This document shows, piece after piece, positions 1 to 10,182 of a stretch of 64,000 bases of DNA. The notes beneath the pieces are model-generated. The model did no database searches and was not told the origin of the DNA. It worked only from the letters and a program-made list of their open reading frames with translations. The translations under genes were made by a program, and so were the position numbers. This DNA comes from Tricharina praecox (Eukaryota): the NCBI RefSeq assembly GCF_024521635.1, contig NW_026250421.1:310001-374000 (forward strand), read 5' to 3'. How positions within the stretch are numbered: the first letter of the stretch is position 1; every line of letters begins with the position of its first letter.

Positions 1-1685
1 GCTTGAATATAGTACAATACATAAAGTGTCCCCGCTCCACGGCCGGCCATCCACTACCTCGCATCCGAAAGTTTGACATTTCGATGGGCAGGCTCTGACT
101 CAACCGTGCCGGCAGTGGCCCCATCCGCCCGGCGCCCGCCCACGTGGGGAGTAGTACCTGGAGTTCGAGATGGATGGATGCGCGTATCATGTGTTTGGAT
201 GGATGGGTATCCCCAGGGAGGAGAGGAGAGCTCTGCTCCCCAAGCAGAGTACCTCGAACGGTGAAGTACGTACCGCGTACGCACACTTACGCCAGCGCAC
301 AGCGACGGGCGAATAAGGCTGCAAGGAGTGCTTCGCAGCCGCTACATACATAGTAGAGTCCTTCTCCAACTGGGATTTCCCATTCACCCACACCCGACCC
401 CGAGCGAACACAGAAGTTCTGGCGTTTCATTGGTAGCCAACTGTGGACGCGGGGATGGTGGCGGTGGTGCAGGAGGTCCTCAGATGTTTCAGGTTTCAAC
501 CAGAGGGGAGGGAGGGAGGGCTCATGGAGGGAGTTCCCTCGATTCCTCGAAGCTCCTCCGAACGAAGCGGATAGCCGCATTGCCTGATCCTCGGCTGGCT
601 GGCTGGCTGGCTGGCGGTGTGGCTGCGCACCCAGCGTTCGATCGACCGTTCGTTCGTTCGTTCGCCCAAGCCAGCCAGCCGGATCAAGCCGTCCTAAGTC
701 CTAACCTCTGCTTGAAACGCAAGTGCTCGATCAGCCAGAGTGGCCCCTCGTGTGTTTTAAATAAACAACTGCCCAATCCAATCCCTCAATTAATTGGCTG
801 TAGGCTGTCTGTCCGTATGTAGAGTATGCTGAATGGTAGGTAGAGTAGGTAGCACCGCCCTGGGACGTTTCCCTCCCTTGCCCTTCCTTGCCCCACCCCG
901 TACTCTAGGTACCTAGAGCACCAGTGGTGGTGGTGGGTCGCAAGCCTCGCTTCCACTTGCATGCTCACTCGGCATCGCGAACCGGCAGGTCCCCCGTCCC
1001 AGTCCCCGTCCCCTTCCCCGTCCCCCATCCCCCGTCCAGCAAGCAAGCGCCCACTCGCCGCAGGATCCGCAGGGCCCGCCGTGTCTCACAACCTTCCTTG
1101 TCGTCGTAAGCTTTCTTTCCCGCACGAATGAACGCAGGCCCGGCCGGTGAGGGTTCCGTAGGTGAGGGCTCCGTAGGTGTTCCGTGAGGCTTCTTGCAGA
1201 TGGGGGGTTTGTTTTGTTTTGTTTTGTTTTGTTTTTTCGACTGCGAGCGAGCGAGTGAGCCCGTTTGGTGCCTTACATAGAGGTACATAGAGTAGAGTAG
1301 AGTAGAGTACTACATGGGGGTTGGCTGACATGCATTTTTTATTCTGAGTGCCCCACGGGCAAGCAGGCAAGCAGGCAAGCATACGCGTCCCAACTCCCCA
1401 AGCTCCCAAGTTCCCAACCGTCCAACCGTCCAACCGTCGCGAACTTGGAACTCTAGAGTCTATGTACGTACATAAGGTAGTACGTACCGGCGACCGCTGC
1501 TAGTTATGCTAAACTGTCCGCTGCTAAACTGCCCGCGCCGCCGCCGGATCGATCGGTCCGTAAATAGCCTTTTCCCTCCCTCCCTCTAGAGTTTAGATAC
1601 CTAGGCTCTGAGCCTGAGTCTGAGTCTGAGTCTGAGTCTCTGCACTCTGCAACTATGCACCTCGCAACTCTGCAACTCTGCAGCC

Positions 1686-1743
1686 GGAAGTCAAAGTTGG
1701 AGGTCAAAGTTGGAAGTCAAAGTTGAAAGTCAAAGTTGAAAGC
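1686..1743. repeat. 13-bp tandem repeat (GAAGTCAAAGTTG-like) x~4.5
   Basis: Read directly: gaagtcaaagttg gaggtcaaagttg gaagtcaaagttg aaagtcaaagttg aaag. Confidence 0.85.
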
Positions 1744-4232
1744 TCCCACCCACAACCACTGCAATCGAGCCGGAAAGTGCCGGCCGAATGCCGCAGTCAC
1801 GGTGTTCACTCACTATTCGTTAACTTACCCTGAAGTTTGAAGTTTTAACTCTGCGCTGAGCTGATCCGCGCAGGTCACCGGCTGGCACTCGCGACGACTC
1901 GAACTGTTCGGGCCAATTTCCAGCGAGCGAGCCGGGAGGATATCTGGGTAAGTATACATATACAGGTAAGTATAGGCTGGATCACCCATGCCCCTGCAGT
2001 AAATCATCATGGTCCTACAGTTGGCGAGTAAGCGGAATTGAAGGTGAGGGCTGGAGGCAGATCGGTGGTTTTGATGGTATCGTGTGGGCCCGAACCTGGC
2101 GGTTATACAGGTACGTATGCCTCTCGACTTTGGCCCGTACACAAAACATAGGTAGCTCCACACTTCCAGTCTGGTTCGTGTCCTGAACGGAGTACGTACC
2201 TGAGTTGCCAAACATAAGGACTTGCCTGAAGACAGAAACCCCGTCTTGAAACTCGAGATGGTCCCAGGAGCTCACCACCATTACCACCATCGCCCCAGAA
2301 ACGTCTATGTATATCTATATGATTTCGTTGCAATTGGATGGTTCTTGAGATGCTTACTATTCGTAGGGATCCTGCTGATATATGAGGTAGGTAGTACCTA
2401 CTCTAACCCTGGCGATTTCTCGCGGCAAAATGTGAGCTACTACGGTAATAGAGATGGTGGAGATAGTAGAGATGGTAGAGATGGGAGAGATACAATCCCT
2501 ACATAAGTACCGAAAGTTTGACTCCGTTCTATAAAGTAGTAAAGTCAAAGACTCAAAGCTTTGCAAGCAATTCGTGGATGGATGGATTTGGAGGCTGATG
2601 TCACGTGAGTAGAGTTTCGTCTGATCTGTAGATGCTCAGTGGCAGTACATAGACGGGGTTTTCAACGAGGAGTTACGAGGCAATTAACTAACTGCTATGG
2701 GCGAGTGACTTTGATATGTCATAGTAACCCCAGGGCGCCACAATTGACTCCACATTTGCGGCACAGCGGAGCAGGGTTCAGCTTTGAGGACATCGAAACG
2801 CCTGGTGCAAAACAATCCGGCCTCGTGTGTATCATAACTACCCTTTGATTACTATTTCGCACCTACCTACTCCAAATAAGTAGGAGGTATGTAGGAAGGT
2901 AGGATGTAGGTGGGATGTAGGTAGGATATAGGTAGGATGTAGGTAAGCTCCTTGTCAGGATGGAAATCGGGACTCGGGAGTCCTACGTATGTATGGAAGG
3001 TATTTTGCTCAGTCATAACCACGGCTCGAGGATTTTTCGAATAGTGTGTTTCCATATCAAGGTGGAAGTTGGCGCGCCGCCGCCGTGATGGGAGTTCAAG
3101 CTGGGACCTTTGTGTACATAATCCCGTCCACGGGCTCACACGTTTTTTCAGGCTCAACTCGTTACTCGATCCCGTTTTCGGGCCGGAGGTCGCAAGCCAG
3201 TTCCGAAAACTTTCGTATTTCCGAGAGCCAGTCCGCGAGATGAGCAACAGGCTATTGGGCAATACGGTCAGAGCGAAACCGCGAAGGGCTCTGAGGCTCA
3301 GACACGGAATTGCAAATACCTATCGTCATTGAAATTTGGAACAGCTATCGATTGAGGAAGAAGCGATGGCAAAGTGTATTGCTATTCTATCTGAGAGTTA
3401 AAGTACAAGAGAATGGTTAAACATTTCCGGTCTTGGTGGGAGCGGTGGGAGCTGTAAGAGTCCCGTCAAAACCAAAATTCAAATAATGACCTTTTCGCCG
3501 ATTTAAAATTGAAGCTTTAACGATGATACTATGTTAAGTCGCTATACATGGAGGTTCAAACTTCACAGGAATCTTTCGAACGTGTGTATAACTATCCGCG
3601 AGACGGATCATCGGCCAGTTGAAGGTACGCCGCAAACGCGTGGCTTATTAGAGTAGCCTTTCCTGATAACGGCGAGAAGCAGACTCAAAACTTCATCAGT
3701 AGGTTTGATCCTTTAGAAGGGAAAGGTCAAGAGACGCACATATATATTTCGTCAGTTGGACGAGACTCATCCCCCGGAAAATGAGAACACAAGCGGTACT
3801 TCTGATTGACTTTCTCAAGGGATGATATGGCTACTTTCTCCGCCGCCTTCTATTCTTCCCTCCAGAGTCCCTACTAGGTCGGTAGTCCTATGTACGGCTA
3901 CGGAGAAGCCCAGCCTTCGCACGTTCCAGAGCAATGCGCATCTGAGGTGTGGAAACGACCAGGGCACCAGGGACTGGTAGCTCGATCTCGGATTTATATG
4001 TATAAAAGCTCTCGCGACCAGAAAACGTAACCAACGCGGACCAGGTTACCGTCGTAAAACGTCTGGACTGCAGTGCTGGTAGCACATCCCATCAAATCCC
4101 AGCAGATGAGCGGGTTTCCGGTGACGGCAACTCTCGACTACCTCTAACTATGCGGCAACACCAATGCGGAGCGCCCCGTCGGAAAGCGCAAATTACTTTT
4201 AGACGGCACTCACGGGCAACTGGGACTGGATT

Positions 4233-4526
4233 CAGTGTTCGCCATAGTCCAGTCCGGACTGCAGTCGGGACTGGTCGGACTGTTAACTTCTAAGATCTGG
4301 CCCAGTCCGGTCCCTTGGATGAACTGCGTAAAAGTAGTCCGTCCATCCGTCCTGTCCATGGATTTCGTGGACTGGGTACGGATTGCAATCGACTGCAGTC
4401 CGTCCTGTCCTCGGTTTTTTTGGAATAGTCCGTCCGAACACCGCTCCCGGATGGGCTGCCAAGATACAGTCCAATCCAGTCCAAGGCTCGGGACGGAGGG
4501 ACTGGACGGGATTATGGCGAACACTG
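4233..4526. mobile_element. hAT-type non-autonomous element (MITE), 294 bp
   Basis: Terminal inverted repeats CAGTGTTCGCCATA...TATGGCGAACACTG; perfect 8-bp target site duplication ACTGGATT at 4225-4232 and 4527-4534; many subterminal GTCC/GGAC motifs. An 8-bp TSD with CAG termini is characteristic of hAT elements. Confidence 0.9.
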
Positions 4527-5137
4527 ACTGGATTTCAGTGGATAGGTACATCCGTGTGGTGGAAGTGTTTGGCGGCATCGTCTGTCACTCGACACTTTGG
4601 GGCCTACGTAGCCCGTCAAGTCCTGTCCTGGTCGCCGGAGGACTACCGGTAGTAGGTAGTCCATCCGGTCAACAATACAAATCTCTGCCCGATACTTCGC
4701 AGTCCAGTCTACATAGGGCGATGCTGAAGACAATGTAGCGAGGTAGCGCGAGCGGGCTTTTTCGTTCGTACACTGTGTGTACGCATCCTCTGCTCTCCAA
4801 ACTCCAAGGTACATAGGTAAGTAGCGAAGGTAGCACCCACCCGGCAAGTGCGACAGATCGTGTCGAGCGGAAGGCGGCAACCGGCAGCGGTATATAAAGC
4901 AGGACAGTTTCGTAGGGCTGGACGGTATGTACATGTGTAGGGATGTCGGAATGCGGCACCCAATCGGGGACATAATAGGTGGTGCTGAAATATCGGTACT
5001 TGTTGGACTTCCCGGTGGCGTTGGGCCTAGGTCTGCATACATAGAATTGAAAAATCCCGTGCATGGTGTTCGTGGTTTTTTCCGCTGACGAGAGGAGGGT
5101 TTTCGCGATGAGCGGCGGCGGCGTTGCAACGTTCGGC

Positions 5138-5716
5138 CAGTATTCTACATAGTCCGGTCCAGTCCGTCCAGAGCCATAGACGGGGCTGGAATACATACAT
5201 CTAGTCCGTCCGGATGTGTGTGTTGGACGGACCAGTCCAACACACCAGTAAGGTCGAACGGGACGGACTGCAGTCGACTGCAGTCGGCTGCCAAGACTGG
5301 TACAAGGCGACAGGAATCACAAGAGAGAAAGCTCCGCGGCGGATTATCGGTGGTTTTAGTGGTTGATGGTTGAGGGACGTATGAGTATAGTAGGCACACT
5401 GGATGAAGATGCCGCGGCGTTGCTGGTTCTAGAGTCTAGACGAAGATTGTGGCGTAGCTTTGCTGGTACTGCAGTGGACGAAATTCAACACACGATAGTG
5501 GGAGATACTGTCATATTTGATGGGGTAAGTGCTGGGAAGAGTGGCACTTTTTTTTTCAATACCTGACTGCAGTCGACTGCAGTCTAACCCCGTCCAGCAA
5601 ATCGGCGGACGGGACGGACTACTTTCATCGCATCCTCCAAAAGGCATGGGCGGGACTCGGTCTTGGCAGCCCGGCCCGTCCAGACTGCGGTCCGGACCGG
5701 ACTATGGAGAACACTG
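5138..5716. mobile_element. hAT-type non-autonomous element, 579 bp, same family as 4233-4526
   Basis: TIRs CAGTATTCTACATAGTCCGGTCC...GGACCGGACTATGGAGAACACTG; 8-bp TSD CGTTCGGC (5130-5137) versus CGTACGGC (5717-5724), 7/8 identical; palindrome GACTGCAGTCGACTGCAGTC in both arms. Confidence 0.85.
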
Positions 5717-6385
5717 CGTACGGCTCGAGCTAAACAGTACAGATCGTTGGAGGCAAGCGAGATATCTCATCCATCATGCGGTAGTGACATAACCACAGAT
5801 ATCACTCGGCGACTACCCATGCTACCTAGAATGTGGTTCTTTGAGTTTGGATCTTCCGTGCCATTACCGCCCGCGATAGTGTTAGGGCTAACAGTTCTCC
5901 ATTTGATCAGGCCATTCTCGACAATGGCCGGGAGATCTTCAGACAAAGCCGTTCTATCTCCCCTCGCACCGACTAACCCCCGGTACCGCATGTTTCGAAC
6001 CAAGCAGTTTGAGAGTGCATATGAATGTCTTCGGGATACCTTAGGCGATATTTACTATAGTAGCAATTCTGCAGCAACGATATTTGAATTCTGAACGCTC
6101 CCGGTCGAAGATAGCTCAGGCCCTATGGTCAGCGGTCACGTTTCCGGTTGTAGTCAAGTCACTGTCATATCACTCGCTCGCTTCTCGACCCCCGCTAAAG
6201 TTGCAACTCCGCCCAAAGCCAATCTCACTCAGTCTCTCAGAACGTATTATGCATCGAATTAAGTATCGAAAGCCACCCAGTATAAGCCATACGCAAGCCC
6301 GCAAGGCGCCAATACTTTCGTTGGTGCATAGTACCAGAACCTCCTCCGAGCTCCCGATATACAAGATACACAAGTACGCATGAGC

Positions 6386-6810
6386 CTAGACCATGCCGGG
6401 CCTCCTACAGATACGGATCGTCAGCTGCCATTTCATTGCATTCCCACCACCACCAGCAGCACTCGCTCCTTTGACCGTGCTGGGTGCAATGCTTATGTAT
6501 ATACATACCTCGTCGAGGGTTGGACCTTGAAGATAGTCGAGGGCTGGACCTCGAAGATAGTCGGCGGCATCCAGGCTGTGGGCGGAGGCGGAATCGCGTA
6601 GGCAAGCTGAGCCGGAGCCGGATCCGGAACCACGCAGCTGCAGTTGGTGGAGTCGCTGATGCTGTCGTATTCCATGGTCTCCTCGTAGACAATCGTGTCG
6701 CGGACGGCGTTGCGGCAGGTGCGAACGTAGCGGATGGCGGCCCACAGCATGAGGCCCACAGCGATGGTGGTGAAGAGCAGGATGAGGAGGATGCCTTGGT
6801 TGGATTTCAT
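6386..6810 (-). CDS. Small single-pass membrane orphan protein, 106 aa (exons 6810-6509, 6404-6386)
   Basis: ATG in ACGACCATG context; hydrophobic segment GILLILLFTTIAVGLMLWAAI followed by basic RYVR; intron with GTATGT donor, GCTGAC branch and CTGTAG acceptor joins in phase to end ...STRRPGMV*. Confidence 0.6.
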
Positions 6811-7186
6811 GGTCGTGGTTGTTTTTGGGTGGTATATATCGTGAGGGGAGATCGTGGGAGTGTAAAGCGGGATGATGAATGTTGCGGACGGAAGAAGAAG
6901 AGTTGTCGATGGGGTGGGATGGGGGAACCTTTGTGTTTGTGGATTCTTGTCCGTGCGGCGTCTTCTGTCGTTCCCCGTCACAGACTTCTACCCAAAGTGT
7001 TGGCACTACCGTACCTCCTCTCACTAGCCCTCACCGTTTTCCATTCGAAATATTGACGTTTCCGAGGAATGATCTCCGATAGGGTAGGGCATGAAGTCAC
7101 ACAGCTATCCATCCAGATTTCACGTGCTCATATTCTCAGCGTACACGACAGAAGACAAGCGTGGAAACAACACAACATACTCGCTA

Positions 7187-7595
7187 TCTAGCATAAGTCT
7201 CCCGCCGGCAGTCGATACTAGTTAAGGGCGGTGACGAGAGACCTAGCACGTCTCCATGACTCGGTAGTCCGGTTTCCTCGTGGTTTCAAGTTTGCTTCCA
7301 TCCTCCCCGGACGTCGTGGACGTCGTGGTTTCTTGTCCGCTAGAAGCTTCGATAGCGGCGAGAGATAATAGCCATGTGTTCCTGATATCTGCCAGGCATA
7401 TCCCACGTTCCAAGCTTCTGTTTCTTGTTTGATCAATAACTACATGACACCCGTCTAGATCATGGCAGTATACCGCATTTCAAGCGATTTTTGGTTTTGA
7501 TCATCATTGAATTCGACCTTAGTAAATCATGGTAGATTACATATCTGTTTCCACCCAGCTTCCACGAGGTCAATACCGATTCCCCATTGTTCTCC
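7187..7595 (-). repeat. Dispersed repeat module A (inverted copy of ~37987-38362)
   Basis: Reverse complement aligns by eye over more than 300 bp; shared blocks include ccatgatttactaaggtcgaat, aaacaagaaaca-aagcttggaa, tctctcgccgctatcg, tggagacgtgctaggt and ctagtatcgactgc. Confidence 0.85.
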
Positions 7596-7753
7596 GTCTC
7601 GGGTCTGAGTCTTATAGCGGCACCATGCGCAGCGGGCGTCTGGGCGGCTTGTCGTCCACTGGAGGCACTGGTCTGTCAGGCAGTGTCCTCTCTTGAGTTG
7701 GTTGAATGTGGAGGCTAGGCGCTTGGGGGCCATCGCTGGAATTGGGTCAGGTC
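7596..7753 (-). mobile_element. Fragment of a fungal non-LTR retroelement (Tad1-like LINE ORF2, C-terminal zinc-knuckle region)
   Basis: Translates PDPIPAMAPKRLASTFNQLKRGHCLTDQCLQWTTSRPDARCAWCRYKTQTR; the QL-x-x-GH...CxxC...QT pattern resembles the region leading into the CCHC knuckle of fungal LINE ORF2 (recognised from memory, not searched). Confidence 0.6.
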
Positions 7754-7820
7754 TCGATTGTTTGCTGGTGGTGTTGAGGAGTGATAATGCATGATATTAC
7801 TACACTCAATGCGTCTGCCA
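7754..7820 (-). repeat. Dispersed repeat module B (inverted copy of 38546-38636)
   Basis: Reverse complement tggcagacgcattgagtgtagtaatatcatgcattatcactcctcaacaccaccagcaaacaatcga matches 38546-38636 apart from a few substitutions and a ~24-bp indel. Confidence 0.85.
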
Positions 7821-7915
7821 AGCCCCGCGTGAGCACACAACCTGGCAGCTCTAGAGCTTTTCTTTCTCGTCGTTTACACTAACTCGACACACCTCCAACA
7901 CACAAACGAAGAAAA

Positions 7916-10182
7916 ATGTCGATCGCCTCCTCCCTCGATGACGATGATGACACTCTCTCCTCCGTCCCGCCCTCATCCCCACACTCCCCCGCCTCCCACG
8001 CCTCGCATCCACCCTCACAATCCCCAACAACAGCAACACCACACATCTCCCCCGCGGCGCTCCCGGTGCAATCCCTCGTAGCCGGTCGCGAGCGCCGCTC
8101 CAACGCCGGAAACCTCCTCGCGAAGCTCCTGACGCAAGAAGCGGACGCGGACGACACGCTCTTCCTCGAGGACGAGGACGACGTCGAGTTCTCTGTCAAA
8201 AAGGAGGATCGCGGGGACGACGACGATGTGCTCATGGACAGCAGCAGTGACTCTGACGAGGACGCGGCTGAGGGGGGGGAGGAGGGCGAGGCGGAGGGCG
8301 AGCGGGAGATTGTGCTAGCCGAGAAGGAGGCGCGCAAGGCGCGCAAAAGGAAGGCGGACGATGCGTTCATGAAACCCAGGAAGCAGCCGGCGCCGAGGAA
8401 GGAGCGCAGAGTTACGATCCGCGAGGGCGTGGCAAGAGTCAGGCTGCAGGATGAGGAGCTGGAGGAGGCTGCAGCGGAGGACGCGGATGAGCTCGGCGAT
8501 GCGCTTTCCCGCCCGCGGAAGAAGAGTGAGCGCATCTCCTGGGTGCCCGAGTTCGTGGCGACGAGGGCGTCGTCGCGCACGCTATCGCTACAGAACAGGA
8601 GCGAGACTATGCGGCGCTTGGAGGAGAGCGAGAAGCGCCGGTTACATACGATCGCGCTGATGGAGCGTGCGGCGGCGAAGAAGGAGAAGGTTCGGCCGAA
8701 GCGGGAAATGACACAGGAAGAAAGGTTGGAGGAAGCGAAGATCACGGAACGACGGAATCGCAGGAGTCTCTTTTCTTGGGAGGAGACCGAGAAAGCGAAA
8801 CTTGAGGAACAGCGGGAGAGATTGGCGGCACTACAGAATAGGAAATTGGCTGGGCCAGTGATTACATATTGGAGTGGGGCGGCGGAGTGGAATGCGGAAA
8901 CAGGGCGACTGGTCAAGGTTGGGAGAGGGCTGGTGCAGGAAGTTGTCGAGGTTGAGGCGCCGGTGAAAAAGAAGCGGCTGACGAAGAAGGAGAAAGAGGA
9001 GAAGGAGAAGGAGAAGGAGAAAGCAAAAGTACAGGCCGGGGACGAGAAAGTTGCAACACGGACTGATGCTACAGCATCGTCCGAAAGTGCAACAAGAATT
9101 GATGCTACAACATCGTCCGAAATTGCAACACGGACTGATGCTACAGCACCGTCTGAAAGTGCAACAATAGTGGTGAAGGGTCCATCATCACCGATGACAT
9201 CAGCACCGCCGATCATAAGGGCGCCCGATCCGGCTGCGAGTACAGTTACGGCAACGTCTACAACTACAATATCCCCGAGAAAGGCCGCCAGTAATTTCCC
9301 TGTATTTGTTGACGGCGTTGCCGAAGTTGTTGTTAAAGAAGATCCCGCCCTTCCGGAAGCGGTTCCTTCGGTCCCTTCGATCCCCCCTCTGGAAACAACC
9401 ACCCCTCTGGAAAAAACCACCTCTCTGGAAACAATCACCCCTCTGGAAACAGCCCCTTCAGTGCCCGATGGTAAGACTCACCAATCATCACCACCACCAC
9501 CACCGCAAGGGATACCCGGAACTCCACCACCGCCTCCACCACCCAACCAAGTATCGGCGCGCAATTTGATAGTGCTCGAGAACTTTGAGCCCTCAACCGT
9601 AAGAGACAAGGCCAGTCTCGTCAAGCTCCTCTGGGGCGAACAGACCAGGCGACTCGGTGCGTTTAGCTCTTCCCTTCTCTTTTTTTCCCATCCATAGTTG
9701 CTACTCCGTCTCCAGTGCATCTCCTCGCTCTTTGATCCCTTCCGTGCATCTCCTCACTCTTTGATCCCTTCCGTGCATCTCCTCACTCTTTGATCGGGGC
9801 ATCCCATCACTCTTTGATTCCCCTTCCATGTCTCATCGCTCTCTGTCCTCACTGTCCTCCTGTTCCTTGCAACACTCCTTCCCATTCTCTCCGTCGCTCT
9901 TCTCCCTCATCACTCTTCTTCCTCCATCACTGTGCCCTGCCCACACCCGATGATAGTTGCTGATTCGATATATGATGTGCAGCCACGGCACGCCCCTACT
10001 GCTTCATCTCGCAACAGCCCGCAAAGTTCCGCGACCCAGCCACGGGCATGCCGTTCGCCAATCTCCACGCATACCGAGAGATCCGACGGCTACTGCACGG
10101 CGAGGTACGGTGGAGCCACCTTCTGGGCGCGTACGTCGGCGAGGCTGGGGCCGCGGCAGCGGGAGTTCCCGAGGGATTTTGA
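7916..10182 (+). CDS. VPS72: Vps72/YL1 (Swc2) family H2A.Z-binding SWR1-complex subunit, ~646 aa (exons 7916-9656, 9983-10182)
   Basis: YL1 N-terminal motifs LVAGRERRSNAGN and MTQEERLEEAKITERRNRRSL; intron GTGCGT...GCTGAT...TGCAG joins in phase to the YL1_C motif CFISQQPAKFRDPATGMPFANLHAYREIR; stop TGA at 10180-10182. Confidence 0.92.
9053..9455 (+). repeat. In-frame coding tandem repeats in Vps72: 36 bp x3 (ATRTDATASSES-like) and 18 bp x4 (PLETTT-like)
   Basis: Visible in DNA at ~9053-9167 and ~9384-9455 and in the translation. Confidence 0.85.
9715..9796. repeat. 29-bp tandem repeat x~2.8 within the Vps72 intron
   Basis: Unit gtgcatctcctcactctttgatcccttcc, followed by a degenerate further copy. 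Confidence 0.85.

Noticed and set aside
2950..3620. Possible degenerate TIR element (CAGGATGGAAATCGGGAC...)
   Set aside because: No matching opposite end or TSD found.
4210..5792. Multiple overlapping ORFs containing DCSRLQS
   Set aside because: Artefacts of the palindromic subterminal motif of the hAT MITEs.
5760..6370. Protein-like fragments on the minus strand
   Set aside because: Short, stop-ridden and without a recognisable family or splice structure.
7879..9438. 519-aa minus-strand ORF
   Set aside because: Antisense shadow of the Vps72 CDS; no domain signal.
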